From Vicugna vicugna (lineage: Eukaryota), in the NCBI GenBank assembly GCA_013265495.1, contig MU058000.1, positions 1,922,001 through 1,986,000 on the forward strand: 64,000 nucleotides of DNA, written 5' to 3'. Below, piece by piece: positions 28,132 to 41,919 of the stretch. The position numbers and the translations under genes were made by a program. A model generated the notes under the pieces. It made no database searches and was not told the origin of the DNA. It saw only the letters and a list, made by a program, of their open reading frames with translations. Positions within the stretch are counted from its first letter, which is position 1, and each line of letters starts with the position of its first letter.

Positions 28132-28315
28132 TGTAAGGAGCAGAACTTAACCACCCCAAAAAATGTCTCTGGGATAAGGATTATTTTAGGCTGGCTGTTT
28201 TTTTAAAAAGAGCAGACCTGGGAAGAGCTGTAAAAGCCAAGTAGAAATCACCCTTTTTAAAGAGATGTTTACATGTCAAAGCAAAATTTTCATTTGTAAG
28301 GGTGTCTTTCTTGCT
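28132..28315 (+). mobile_element. MER34-like ERV1 LTR 5' fragment
   Basis: 'tgtaaggagcagaacttaaccaccccaaaaaatgtctctgggataaggattattttaggctg'. Confidence 0.7.
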
Positions 28316-28318
28316 ATA

Positions 28319-28782
28319 TTGGCATACCTATTGGGGCATATTGGGACATATTGCTGGTTTGGTTCCAGACCATCACAATAAAGCAAATATCACAATAAAA
28401 AAGTAACTCACATGAATTTTTTAGTTTCCCAGTGCATATAAAGTGCATATAAAGTCTTTACACAACACTGTAGTCTATTGAGTGTGCAATGGAATTATGT
28501 CTAAAAAATGTACATACTTTAATTAAAAATACTTGGTTGCTAAAAAAATTCTATCATCTGAGCCTTCAGTGAGTTATAGTTGTTTTGCTAGTAAGGGTGT
28601 TGCCTTGATGTGAATGGCTTGCTGACTGATCAGGGTGGTGGTTTCTGAAGGTTGGGGTGACTGTGGCAATTTCTTAAAATAAGACAACAATGAAATTTGC
28701 TGCATTGATTGACTCTTCCATTCATGAACAATATCTCTGTAGCACGCAATGCTGTTTGATAGCATTTTGCCTACAGTGGAAA
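28319..28782 (-). mobile_element. Tigger1 (TcMar-Tigger) terminal fragment
   Basis: 'ggcatacct...atattgctggtttggttccagaccatcacaataaagcaaatatcacaataaa...ttggggtgactgtggcaatttcttaaaataagacaacaatgaa'. Confidence 0.9.
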
Positions 28783-29510
28783 TACATATACAAATATCAT
28801 GGACATAAGAATAAGCACAAGAACAATTTTATCATTTTGTCCAGTTAAAAAATATATACTAATGTTTTCAGCATCCCCAACAATAAAAATAACAGCTGGC
28901 AATGCCATTGCATTTTGAACAGGATCATTAGTACAGGCAAAATTTCATAAATAGATCACCATTATTCAGCAGTAGAGAATAGGCCTATGTCAGCCAAAAT
29001 GGGTATCATTTATTTTGAGAAGATTGATTAAAAAAGGAAAAAGTGATGTATTGTTTAAAAAGTCTGCAGTGAACACTTTTTGAGAAGTTGCAATATGCTA
29101 AGCACTGTGCATGAAGGATATATTTCATTACTCCACTTTACAGATGAGATTTATGGATCATAAGAAATTAGACAAAAATCAGAGAATTACTGCCTGATCT
29201 GAATTTAATGCCTGTGCACTTAACTCCAAGTTTGCTTTTTTTCGAATTATTTGAAGAAAGGAATGAAGATATGTTACCACAAAAGGGTATCTATGTTATG
29301 AGGAATTTAGAGCATTTGTATTAGAATGTAGATTCCAAAAGAGAAAGAACCCCTGTGTGTTTATTTTTGCTTTCTCATAGCTTATTTTATTATACCTTTT
29401 ACAAACAGAATGGTTGATAAGTGTTTGTGCAAGTGAGGAAGTCCCTTTGGCTTTATTTAAAAAATTCTATTACTCTATAACATTTCAAGAACTCATGTAA
29501 GGAGTGAGGC

Positions 29511-30209
29511 TGAAGGGAAGCAAAATTTGTCACTCCCAAATATGCCACTTTGGCATAAGGATTATTTTGAAGTAAAGGCAATCAAAACTCATAGGATTCA
29601 GGAAAAGCTCTTTAGCCTCCCCCTTAACTGCCAAAATTTACATTGGAAAGGGGGTGTATACTAGGAAGGGAGCTATTACGAGAGATATCTTTTAACCTAA
29701 GTGTAACGTTTGCTGTCTAAACATCTCTGTGTTCCTGTGAATGGCTTTGCTCTCTTTAGTATCCTTAGTATCCTCTCCTCAACTCTGGGTGTGAGGATGT
29801 TATGTAAGTCTGACCTTTATGGGGCTCCAGTATGTACATGATTTTGTTTGCTTTTCTCCTGATAATCTTTTTTTTAAATGAAAATAAGCTTTATTACATA
29901 AGTAATAAATACATACAAAGATACAGAGTTGCATTTTCTTCCAGATGTTTGAATCAACTCACAGGAAAGGCAGAACTAAAATCTACATACAGTCTTAGGA
30001 AAAATTTTGGGGACCCTTGTTAGGTTTGGTTTGGGAGGTTGTTATTTCTTCTGTATTTATAACTTGTGCATTTTTAAAATAGACTTCAGAGCACTATTAG
30101 TCATGCAAATGCTTAAGCAATAAAGAAGTTACATTAACTTATGTCAATTTAATTGTTAGACCAGCCAAAGAATGTAAAGGAAAGAAGGAAAAAATTTTCC
30201 ACCCCTACA
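29511..30209 (+). mobile_element. MER34-like ERV1 solo LTR interrupted by a retrocopy
   Basis: TG...CA ends, 4-bp TSD AGGC on both sides, 'cccaaatatgccactttggcataaggattattttgaagtaaaggcaat', 3' end 'aaaattttccacccctaca'. Confidence 0.85.
29868..30133 (-). pseudogene. 5'-truncated processed retrocopy of an mRNA 3'UTR (possibly AMD1)
   Basis: On the - strand it ends '...tgtatgtatttattacttatgtAATAAAgcttattttcattt' plus a poly(A) run (T 29868-29875), and it interrupts colinear LTR sequence. The AMD1 assignment is from memory only. Confidence 0.65.
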
Positions 30210-30824
30210 AGGCATATTTCAAAAACGTGTACTTTTATTTTACATTCCAGATATTTCACAATGTCTTTCTAAAAACATATTAAGTTATTAAACTATTGAA
30301 CTTATTTTACAAGCATTGTGTAAGGATCACAGTTCAAATGTCTTGTTCCTCGATTCTTATTAACTTGGGTAGGAATTTATACCTGAGGTGACTGTCAGCT
30401 CCCCTGTATTTCTGGACATTTTTCTGTGCCAGTTTAATGTTTATAACATCTCTCTGTAGTAATTTTTCTTTTCACATATTGAATCACATATTATGGAAAG
30501 GGTGAAAACTGTCAGTGTATTAACTGAAATAAAGTCTGACAATTCCTAGGCCAGACCTCAGGAGTTGTCTCTATCCATACAGTTTCTCATCCCACATTCT
30601 GAAAGACTCCTCTTACCAGTTGGTCTAAAAGATATTGATAGATGCAGAATTTATGATTGTTTCATGAACCTGCTCCCAAAGCCCAAGATTACATCTAGTT
30701 GCGCACTTTTTAATCAACTTCAGCACATATTCCTTTGTCAAAAGGTTAGGCAGTAAAATAGAAATGAGCACCAGGCAGGGGGAGAGGAAGGGGAAAGGAG
30801 CAACGCAGAAAATAATAATATACT

Positions 30825-31297
30825 TGTGCTCAGGATAAGGGGCTCCAAAAACTTAACTTTCTCTAAGTGAGGGCCAGTAAAGAAGCTGGCTAGGATTGAA
30901 TGCTGCAGCTGTGCAATAGAGAGAAGGACCCAGCTTAACCTGACCCAATGCTCATTATAATGTAATTAACATTGCAGTTTGAGCGCCCTCTTGTAGGTTT
31001 CTCTGTGTGCATCACGGGTAAGAACCTGCACAAATGGGATGGGCATACCTGAGCACAAAGAACTGTGCCATCAATCAATCAATCAATCACAAAAATGCCC
31101 CTATGTCAGGCTATAAAAAACAGGAAAAACAAAGAAGCGGCACTCTTTCTCCTCTCTTGGATTGCCCGTTCCTAATTCTCAGGAGTGTATTATATTTTAC
31201 TACCTTTTTACTTTATTAATAAAATCTTATTTATATCACATTTTTTGTCTCTCGTTAAAAATTGATTTTTTTTTGAGTGACTAAGAACCGCGGTAAC
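30825..31297 (+). mobile_element. ERV-like solo LTR
   Basis: TATA-like 'ctataaaaa' at ~31111, AATAAA at ~31218, U5-like 'gactaagaaccgcggtaac' end. Confidence 0.6.
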
Positions 31298-31399
31298 TTT
31301 TATTCTCCTCTTGCACCTCAATCCTTTGGTGGTCTTCCCTCTTAATACAATCCCTCTCTCTAGCGGTGAGATCAGAGTTAGTCTGTGGCATAGACTGTG

Positions 31400-31795
31400 G
31401 CACCAAAATGATTTACTCTTCTGGACATGTGGCTAGATTACATTTCCCAGAATCCTTATGGGTAAGGGTGGCCATATGTAGAGTTCCAGCTAATAATGCA
31501 AAGTGAGTGGAAGGAACGTATGCCAATTCCAGGCCTGGCTTATAAATACCTCCCTGTGTGAGCTTTCTTCTGTCCTCAGATGCTGGCTAGTTGGCAACAT
31601 CTGGGGAACCTAGGAAGGTGCATGATGAAGCTGGCAAAACTTCTGGCAGCTTTGGATACTAAATGACTGCAACTGCATGGAATAGGAGAACACCATGCTT
31701 GAATGCATTTAACATGAGTGAGGAATAAACCTCTATGTATTAAATATGGTGTTTTGTTTTTCTGAAGTTAAAATAAGCATTACTTTAATTTATTC
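31400..31795 (+). mobile_element. Old MaLR LTR (MLT1H/I-like)
   Basis: 'ctagattacatttcccagaatcctt...gtggccatatg...ccaggcctggc...tgagtgaggaataaacctctatg'. Confidence 0.6.
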
Positions 31796-32002
31796 AGAGC
31801 CTTAAGACAGATTTTACCAAACTAAGATTTTTTTTCCTTTAATAAAAGTTAAGGGAGATATTAATTGATAAACCCTAATTGCTAAATTAATCAGATGTAC
31901 ACATGAATAAATAATGAGTCCTATCCTGATTTATGTTGCTTCTCAATTTGGTTTATTATTGAAGTATTAAACATAAAATTTATAGAGATAAATAGTACAT
32001 TT

Positions 32003-32675
32003 TGCTGGGAAACAAGCTGCTGGAAAATAAGCAGCTAGAAAACAAGCTGCACCTAAATTTCCATGAGCTAAAAATTTTATATTCACACTTGCTTGCTTAA
32101 AACGCACATGCTTGCTTTGTTTTAACGTATTACGCAGTAGATGACCTATAGCACGTATTATGCTAAAGAAAATTTGGGGTGAGCAATCCTGAGATTGACC
32201 ATAAGGGCACGAAGGAGGGCAGATATTTCCTTAGGGTGAAACAATAGATGGTCCTGGAAAGCCAGATCATCCATTAACAGAACTTTGTTCTGGCATGAAA
32301 GCATGAAGTTAAGCCCAGGGGAAATATTTTCTATCTCAAGATGTCCCGGAGGCAATAACAGAATAGATTAGAAATTTTGCATACCCCAAGGAGGGTGATT
32401 GTTCCTGGAAGGGATAGGCCTGAAATTAATCAGTTAATCAGCAAGCAGAATTTAGTGCTTATCGCATGGAATATCTAAAGCCCCGTCTCTTTGATCACAT
32501 TTTTTCTGAGCTGTATACTCCTAATAAATATGACGTTGACCAGGCTTTTAGGACTCTGGATACATGAGATCTTGAGTCCTCTGGTCCCATCTTTGCTCTT
32601 TACTTTGTCTCCTTGTTTCTTAAGTCTTGATTCGCCTGTCCTCAGACACGGTCTTGAACTGTGCTGAATGCAGCA
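32003..32675 (+). mobile_element. Relatively young ERV solo LTR
   Basis: Inverted termini TGCTG...CAGCA, perfect 5-bp TSD CATTT (31998-32002 and 32676-32680), AATAAA at ~32523. Confidence 0.8.
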
Positions 32676-32779
32676 CATTTAATACTTCTAACTTGATCAA
32701 ATAGTTTTATAATATATGTGACAAATATATAAAATAAGTATATGTTATGTTATAAATGTGAAAATGTATATAAATAGCA

Positions 32780-32930
32780 AATGTATTCTTTGAACTAATA
32801 CATTGAGCTTCTGTGCCAGGCACTGTCCAAGGTGCTGGAAATATAACAATACTCCACTCAGAAAAAGTTATGCCTTTGTGGGCCTTACATTCTAGTGGTG
32901 AAAAAAGAAAATTATTTTAATAATCAAAGA
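32780..32930 (-). mobile_element. L2 3' fragment
   Basis: 'attgagcttctgtgccaggcactgtccaaggtgctggaaata...gccttacattctagtgg'. Confidence 0.7.
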
Positions 32931-33928
32931 AATATTTAGTATTATTTAAACTACTCAAGTAATTGTTTTAATATCTTTATATAGTTACATTCTTAGATCT
33001 CATTCATCATACTTATAAATTTCAGCCTACAACAAATATTCTTTAATAATGCATAATATATCTCAACTCTTAAGAACAACATTCACAGTTTAACAATTAT
33101 ATTTTAAATAAATCACATTTATTTACTTCCTCTAAAGCTGTATTGAGAATATATGGTATTTGTTGTGCCTTTATATACTATTGAATTAAGTTTGTTGAAG
33201 TAAATAATAATTTTCACAGATAAATTTTAAATAAAATTCTCTTATATGGAGAATGGGATGTATCTAGAAGGTTATTCAACAGATAACAAAGGAATTGACT
33301 AATTCTCTAGGCCTGCCCATCTTCACACGTAACAGATATTTGTGATTTTATCAAGATCATATATTCTAAATAAATATCATTTTGAAATGACTTCTGCAGT
33401 TGTTTCTGTCTCTTGCTTTGCTGTTGAAATCTAGTATAGGCTTAAAGTCCCAACACAAGCTATGTTCTTCTTTGTGAGGTTTTCCTTACTGACCTCTTTC
33501 TTTTGAATTTTTGTTATCCACTGCTCTCACTGCTTAGCCATCAATATTTGTTTTCATTTCCAGTTACGACAAACAGTTTTGAGGCTTCTTATGCTACTAA
33601 AATTTTATCCAAGAAGCAAAATTTTAAACTTAAATATTTGGCAATAATTAGGGCAGATAAGTGCTTCATATCTCCAAATATATTAATGGAAAAAAATAAA
33701 GATTAATTGGTTAATTTAAATAATTTTAAAGGTACTTAGATATCTTGCCAAGAAATACTTTAGGAATACCAATGTGAAGTTATCTGTACTTAAGAAGAAA
33801 GTACAATAAAAGAGTGCAATATACCAGGAGACACTTTAAGGCATTCTTACCATTCTTACCATTCGTAACCATGAAAACTTCATTCTCAAGCAAAAAAAGA
33901 AAAAAAAAGAAAAAAAAGCAGAAGAAAT

Positions 33929-34405
33929 TGTCAGGGAGGAAGAAACTTCCCTCTATCCTTTATGTTCTTCTGGCTAGTCTAAGAATTAAATTAAAATGAG
34001 ATTAACAAAAGAAAATCAAATTTAATTTTGTATATACTAGAATTCCATACACATGAGAGATTCAGAGACAGGAAGGTAAAATGAGATATATACACCATCG
34101 TGAACTAAGGAATGGGTTAAGGGCCTGGAGCTTCCAAGGACAGGAGGATTATTCGCAGGATGTTAAGAAGGGCAAACGGTTGGCAATTAGATATTTGCCC
34201 TGCTGTATATATGGGGCCACTTAGATAAAAAGTTTATCTCCAGTAATAACTCTTTTCTGGGAAAAATCCCCAATTTAAATTCTTCTAGATAGTTGAGGAG
34301 GGGCTGTAGTTTTTCTTCAACCTGCAGTGTCTTGATTGCCTTTAGTTCAAAATAATCCTCATGCAAAAGTGACATATTTGGGAAGGCTCCTTCTGAACCC
34401 CTGCA
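33929..34405 (-). mobile_element. MER34-like ERV1 solo LTR
   Basis: Reverse complement of MER34-type 5' end: 'ttgattgcctttagttcaaaataatcctcatgcaaaagtgacatatttggg'. Confidence 0.8.
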
Positions 34406-34965
34406 AAGTCAACAGAATAAATTTTCACTAAGGGGATGAGATTTCCTGATCCTCCTTAGTGGAATTCATAGTAAGCAACCTCATTTGTTTTTCTAGCTTG
34501 TGTGGGGTTTTCTTCAGTTGATCAGAGCCAATAGGCATTTTTCAGCATGTCTTAGAGTAGATGTCTTTAACATTTCAGCTTAAAGAGAAAACATTTCTTA
34601 AGAATGTGTAAGTAAATTTTAAAAAGGCATCGTGTTCTTTATTTTATTCCCAGTTTTTAGGATCTTAATCACACAAATGTATTTATTCTCTTTTTGCATA
34701 TAAATGTGAGTGCATAGTAGTGCTCTGAAATATGTTAACATCATATAGTCTTACTCCAACTTTTCACCCATCCACACAACCCTCTGAATAAGATAATCTA
34801 TGTAGCTGGTTGCCTTATAGTGACTTGTATCTTCTTTCATAAAGAATCATAATTTACTAGGTTTTTTAAAAAATATATTTTGAAATAGTCTGTGTAAAGT
34901 CTCTTATACATTACAGAGTTCTATGTAATAATGTAAATGGAAGCGATGGTATATTTCTGGTCAGT

Positions 34966-35070
34966 TAATTTTATTTTATTTTTTATTGAAGTATAGTCAG
35001 TTTACAATGTTGTGTCAATTTCTGGTGTATAGCACAATACTTCAGCCATACAGGAACATACATATATTCA
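34966..35070 (-). mobile_element. Camelid-type L1 extreme 3' end
   Basis: 'ttttattgaagtatagtcagtttacaatgttgtgtcaatttctggtgtatagcac'. Confidence 0.8.
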
Positions 35071-35494
35071 CCATGTTAATTTTAAATAACAAGTGTATTC
35101 CCTGACATCTTTCCATTTCTGCTTACAGTATGAAGAGGATGACAAAGTCCTAGAGGATAATGAAACCATGAAATGGAAAAAGCCTAGTCCCTAGAAAAGC
35201 ACTTGGTGAAAAGCTGACATCTGATGAGAAATAACATGTGAGTAAAAAATTCCTTCGAGTATTTGAGCTATTACACACAGCTTGTATTATTCCTCTGACT
35301 AATATGACACTTAGAGCTCTAGTTCATTCATTTTATTGCTCCATTTCAAGTACAAATATACCAAAATTATTTATTCTTCTGTTAATATACATTTTGGGTT
35401 TCCCCCCTAATTTTTCATTCTTATGAAAAATGCTGCAATAAATAATGTCATGTACATCTCCTTGGGCACAAGGCAAGATTTTTACAAGGGTGGG

Positions 35495-35572
35495 TATATA
35501 TATATATGTGTGTGTGTGTGTATAAATATATGTGTGTATATATATATATACATATATATGTACACATATATA
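35495..35572. repeat. (TA)n/(TG)n compound microsatellite
   Basis: Direct reading. Confidence 0.85.
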
Positions 35573-36995
35573 TGATTGGAATATTGGTTGAAACTAAATT
35601 CTACTACATCTTCAAATTTACTGAGTTTTGTCAAAGTTGATCTCCATAGTGCTTTGACATCTTAAATCCCATTGGCTGTTTTTAACTTTTTAGGGATGTT
35701 TGGACTCAGAAAAAAACCTTAATTTCTCTCTGAAGTATAGGTTTTAATTTTTATGTCTTATTATCACTAATGCTTTATTGACTGTAAAGTGGGATAAAGA
35801 GGAAACATTGATTAATAAATTATCATTCATTAGTCATTTATCCTTGCATATCATCTGCTATTCTCATCAATTCTGGAAGGTAATAAGGAGATGATAAAAA
35901 AATTTGTCTCAACAAAAAAAAGGTAAAGTCATCCAGGATGCTAAGTCAGAGATTAAACGTGGAATAGTGAACAGAGCAAATAATACAATATGGATATGCA
36001 TATTCACTATATAAAATGATGATCGTATGTAATTTATCTAAATATAGAACACAGCATTGAATCATTATGCCAATCAACCACAAGTCAGTAGGGGGTCTCT
36101 TGTATTTCTAATACTCCAGAATTTTGTGTTTTTAATTACTATTTTAAGAGGAAAAGTAATAATTAATATAAGAATTTGTCAATTTAGTAGATTTATGCTA
36201 CCTATCTATGGTATTCATTGAAGGAATAGGAATATATTTTTAACTTTAAAACTATAAAAAAGTCAATTTAGTAGGTCATTCTTAGCATTTTCAAAGAAGT
36301 AAATAATAAGAAAAAATAAGTATATGTAACACACATACTTGGCAAATATCACTTTATAAAACATTTATTTCAGAATTATCATAAAAGAAAAGCTCTACAG
36401 ATTTGATTGTTAAGTTTAAATGTTTCTTCAGAGGAACAGATATTCAAAACTAAGTCAAGAAACAAATCAGAAAATTAGAAAACAAATTAAACATCTGTGA
36501 GAAATAATGTATTGCTGTTAGTAATGTACTAATGATTTCCATAAATTGATGATAAAAAGATAAATAACTAAATAAAACTGGGCAAAGAATAAAAACAGAT
36601 CATTCACAGAAAAAAGACTAGTCAAATTTAAGTTGAACAGATAGAAATATCCTAATCTCACTGATAGGTTTTAAACAATGAACAAATAACTATTTACTAC
36701 TATATTTATTTCACTCAAATTAAATAATCTTTAAAGTATGTATGTTCAGGAAGAATTACGGGAAAATAGAATCCTCATAATTGGTTGAAATTGTTCAGAA
36801 TATTTTTATTAGGTTACATGGGAATACTTTAAAAATGGTTACATTTTTGGAAGAAGGACTTATTTTCTTATAAGAAATACTTAGTTTCATCATATACTCT
36901 TTGTTCACTGAATCATTTTTATTATGCACAAGTATTAATTTTTGAATTTTGTAATTTGATGCTTGAGTTTTCACTTAATAGCAAAAAATGAAACA

Positions 36996-37587
36996 TATTG
37001 GCTTAATATTGTTGCATAACAAAGTACCATAATGGCATAAAACAAAACATATTTATTGTGTAAGCATGTTTTTGTAAATCAGGAGTCCAGATAAAGCTTA
37101 ACTGGATCCTCTGCTCTTATTCTCACAAGGATATGATCAAGGTGGTGTTTGGGCTGTGTTTTTATAGTGAGGCTTCACTAGAGAAAAATCTGCTTCCAAG
37201 CTCCCTCAGGTTGTTGGCAGAATTAATTTTCTTGAGGTGGTAGGGCTGGGGACCCCAACTTCTTACTGTTAGTTGAAGGTCAGCCACCCCCAGCTCCTAA
37301 AGGCCACTCCCATTTCCTTGCCACATGGGTTTCTTCAACATGGTTGGTTACTTTGTTGAGTCATAAAGAAGAATCTCTAGATTGAGTTTGAGTCTTTAGA
37401 CAAAGATGGCTAGCAAGTTGACATTTTATATGATATAATCACAGGGATGACATTTAGTCATCTTTGCCATATTTCACTGGTTAGAAGCAAGTCACAGGTC
37501 TCACCCATATTCAATGGGAGGAGAATAACACCAGAAGTAATACCAGGAGGTGGGTATTATGGAGGGGCCTAGAGTTGATCTACCACA
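36996..37587 (-). mobile_element. MaLR LTR (MLT1F-like)
   Basis: 'tctgcttccaagctccctcaggttgttggcagaatt', 'ggttagaagcaagtcacaggtctcaccc', ends 'ctaccaca'. Confidence 0.8.
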
Positions 37588-39206
37588 TGAAGGGAATATT
37601 TGATATTTAATAGAAGGAAATATAATGAATGGCTGGCATAATAACTATTCTAAAACAAGTCATAACTAAATACACAAAACCCCTAAACAATATACATTTC
37701 TTATATGCAATAATCTTACATATAGTAATCCAAATTAAATGTGTTATATGCTTTAGAGAAGTTATTTCTTCATTTTTCAAGATTGTCTAAAATATCTATC
37801 TACAAGATAGAGTCAAAATTTTAAGTAGGATATTCCAGATATTTGAAGACCATTCATCAGATATTCATGAAAAATTTAAATAAATTCCTAATTGCTTCCC
37901 TTTTAATCAGTCACATAACTCTTGGATACTACAGAAAGACAGATAAAGATTTTTTTTGAATTTAAGTTGTGCTGAGATATATTCCAAGTAAACAGGAGAC
38001 ATAACTCAGAGAGATTATGTAAATAATTAACCTTTGGAAATAACACTTGTTAAGGGAACGTCCATATCAATAAAAATAATTACCAGATTTTATCATCTTT
38101 AGCCAAAGATTACAGTGGGTAATTAAAAAAAATTTTCAAGTGTTTCCATACCATTCAGAATGTTACCTTTCCTCTGGTTCTCAGTTTTAATAGGTCAGGT
38201 CAGCAAAGGTTTTGTATGTATGTAAAAGGGGGCACAGTGATTCTTTGATTAACAAGCAGAAACAGCCCTTTCATCAGAAAAACAATATTGGGCTCTATTT
38301 GTAGAAGTTTTAAGACAATAAGCTGATTTTATAAGATGTCAGTGTTAGTCCTTAAATGATAAAAGGAATTTTCCAAAAAATATCTGACAAGGAGGAAAAT
38401 GCATTCCTGTAAGAATAGAAAATTTGTCATGAGTTTATTTGTTTGTCAGTATGAGGTCTTCACGAAATGTAAAACAGGAATATTAACAGCAACTTTTTTT
38501 GGCTGAGAAGCATTCAAATGGCCCTTTAAATATCCAGTCTGTTTTAGGCACTATTGAAATTTTCTTAGCTTTCTTTATTCTTTCTCTTGTAGATTTAAAA
38601 TAACCTTTATCTTCACCCACTTGAATATATGTTAAATGAGATTATGATACTTCCATTGTTAAGAAAGGTCTCCATTTTCCATGACTGAAGAATATCATAA
38701 TGCTCTTTTGTTATAAGAAGGCATCCACCAAAGTTCCCTATGGGTTCCTTTTGAGATTTTGACAGTCAATTTTATATCTAAAGATTTCATACTCCTGATC
38801 TATTTTATTTTCATTGCAATTGGATATTTAGGGGAAATTATGTTTACTCTAATATCACATATTAGTTAAATGATACATTGAAGGGAGGGAGAAAAGTTAC
38901 CCCTTTGTGATGTAGGTATTGATTTTGTTTTCCATTCTCATCTCCAATCTATCCTCCTCTCCACTCCAGTCTCACCACTCTCTAGTCTCACCCTTTGTTA
39001 TTCTTCCTTCAGGAATGGATGCTGTATTTTGATTAAATACATAATTCTCTCTGTCAGATACCCTATGTGAGATGGGATGTGTTAGATCCCCATTTCTCTG
39101 GAACCCTGCTACTCCCATAACCACCTGTTCTAAATCTGGGTTTCCTGCCTAGACAGATGATTCTTACCAGGAGGCTTACATGATAATAAATGATAAGTGG
39201 AATTAC

Positions 39207-39241
39207 ATATATATATATATATATATACATACATATATATA
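39207..39241. repeat. (TA)n microsatellite
   Basis: Direct reading. Confidence 0.85.
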
Positions 39242-41094
39242 GACAATACAAATAGCTTCTTATCTTATAAATACCACCCCAAATAATTCATGCGTATATT
39301 TTATTGAAATATTCTAACAAGAATGACATGTTATCTGCATATTAATAAAATGGTGAATAATGATGTCAACGATAAAACTTTTTGAGTGTGCCCTGTTTGC
39401 TACATCCTGGGTGCTGGGTCTGGGTGCTTCTCACCTGAATAAGAGCATGGGCTTCTGTGTGAGAGTCAAGACAACACATATTTGTCAAATACCTACTATG
39501 TACCAGAAACAGTGATTGAAACTCTGAAATACAGGGAATAGAGAGGTGATTTTTTTTGTTGTTGTTGTTGTTGTGATACACTTGTTCTCCATATTTCACT
39601 GTCTCAGCTCATGGGGCTTTTTCTGGTTTACTTGTCTTTCTGACTTCCTGATTCTTAGTTGTCTTGAATACTAATTATCTGCATGTCCTTTGGTCACCCA
39701 GATTTCTTGCTTTGTCATAATCTCTGGTGTTTTCTTCTTTTGATTCCTTTTTGTACACAGACTCAAATCCATTCTTGTCCTTCTGTGCTGACCAGTGTGT
39801 ATCCTCTATGTCACTGGTACCAGCTCCTTACTTGGTCTTAACATAATGCTGGATATACTGGTTTATTAATCAATATTTACTGTTTGGGAAGGAGGAAGGA
39901 AGAGTATTCTTACTGCTTTTTTCCATGAGTTTGCAGACAAATTACACTTCCCTCTGAGAATTCCCCCAGCTTCCTTCTCCTGAGCACAGTCCAGGAGACA
40001 GATAAGCAGAGCAGTTTGCATTCCCCTGCTGAAGCCACAGCAGATCTTTCCAGCAAGTCTTATTGACGGGATATAAAGGAAAACATTAGCTTAGAAAAGT
40101 CAATAACAGTATGTAAAACGAGCGTCAATTTTTCATTCTTTTTTTAAGGTAATGAGAGTAAATTTAGGCCAAATGTGTCCGTGCTGTCTGGTTTATTTTA
40201 GGGCAATTTAAGTAATAATTCTCTACTGTAAGGCTCATGTTCAGCTTTGAAATCATCAGTTTACAATGGTGAGCTGTTACCTGCAAGTTAATTCAGATTC
40301 AATTTCAGTGGTTAAAAATACAAAGTAACCCAAACTGCCATCTTCCTGGGTCACAGATGATTCTGGGAAAATTAGAACCTAGATGGCAGGAGAAAATTTT
40401 TTCTAAAGCTAATTTAAATTAACAGATTCAATTTTGTATGTGTTATGAGCTACCTGAATTTCCAGATGGGGACTAGTAACATTTAAACAGAAATCCCACC
40501 CAGAAGTTATTCCCTGCACTGGCAGACAATCTTGGTAAAATTATCTCTTAGAAACACGTCAACACAGGTGCACTGGAATATAATCAGCATAATTTTCCAT
40601 GACAGACGTAACTTTGCTAGGAATGCAAAAAGAAAAGAAAGTCATTCCTGAAGATTTCAGAGGTACTGTAATTCAAGCAGATTTATTTTGGATGAGAGCA
40701 ATATTTGATAATAGTACTATTGGATGAAATCAAATAAATGTATTACTAGACAGGACTAAAGCCAGAAATTCAATGTGTAATAAAGAACGTCAAAAAATCA
40801 CTGAAGTATTTATAAATAGTACTTAATATATAGCTTTTGAAGAGCTTTTTAAGTCTCCTTTTACAACTATGTTATGGCTTGAACATAGCAACTTTTAAAA
40901 ATATTAGAATTGGGTATTTCTACATTTGAAAATATTTGATTATTTTGTAATAATTGAGATAAGATTTGAGTGATGGTAATTAAGAGGGAAAAATACTATT
41001 TACATAAAATATACACCATAGTTAAGGATTACATGTGTTTTAAGACATATACATCCACTCACAAACATGATGTGGGTCTCTATATCTTAGGTTG

Positions 41095-41585
41095 TGCCAA
41101 CTGAAAATTGGCACTTGTCATCTGCTTCTATAAGGACTGAATCATGTTGGCACTTGCCATCTCCCTTTGCTTGGATTAAATCACAAGTCGCTGACCTTCA
41201 ACACTCCCTGAAAGGAGTTCAGGATGGAGGTCCGGAATGAGACGCTCTGTGCTCTGGGAGAAATGGCAGAATAGGACTTCAGATAGGTAGATATTTTCAG
41301 AAGATTTTATGAGCCCAAATTCTTCATCTCCCCATACTAGAAAAGCACCAAAATCATTAATGATCACATCTGCTCGTTGTGACTAGCAGCAAGCCTCTGC
41401 CTAGATGGGTGCTTGACTGCGTGCACCCCCTTCACTAAAATCATATAATACTGAGTCCCTCCTGCCTCTTCAGAGCAGTTCCTCAGAGCTGTCTGAAGTG
41501 CTGTCTTCCGGCTGTAGTCCTCATTTTGCCCCAAATAAAACTTAACTCACATCCCTCATGTTGTGTGATTTTATTTCAGTTGACA
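41095..41585 (+). mobile_element. ERV1-like solo LTR
   Basis: Inverted termini TGCCAACTGAAA...TTTCAGTTGACA, AATAAA at ~41534, near-TSD gttg/gtta. Confidence 0.8.
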
Positions 41586-41919
41586 GTTATGATATAAGCT
41601 ATATTTTATCTTTAAGATAAATTAGATCACATGTGAATCTGATAATCAGACTGTAGCATTGGAAAATTAAAAATAAGATTGCCATTTGAACATCCATTGT
41701 GTGCCAATTTCATATGTGTTTTCAAATCAAATTCCAAATTGATATTTAGTCAGTGACATCTTTGAAACAGCAAGTCATAATATGTAAAGCCTGCCCTTAA
41801 TCTTACAAATAATTTATAATTTATTTTTCAAAGTCATTTCCTTTAAACATATTCATGCAGAATATTCTTTTTATTCTGGCTCTTCTTTGTGTATGTCAGT
41901 ATCTTACTGCATGGTAGTT
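41517..41919 (+). repeat. Left arm of 403-bp inverted duplication (partner 57372-57774)
   Basis: Block-by-block reverse-complement comparison gives 402/403 identity; the single mismatch is 41552 vs 57739. Confidence 0.97.

Noticed and set aside
28431..28454. Short direct repeat 'agtgcatataa' x2
   Set aside because: A trivial slippage duplication within Tigger1.
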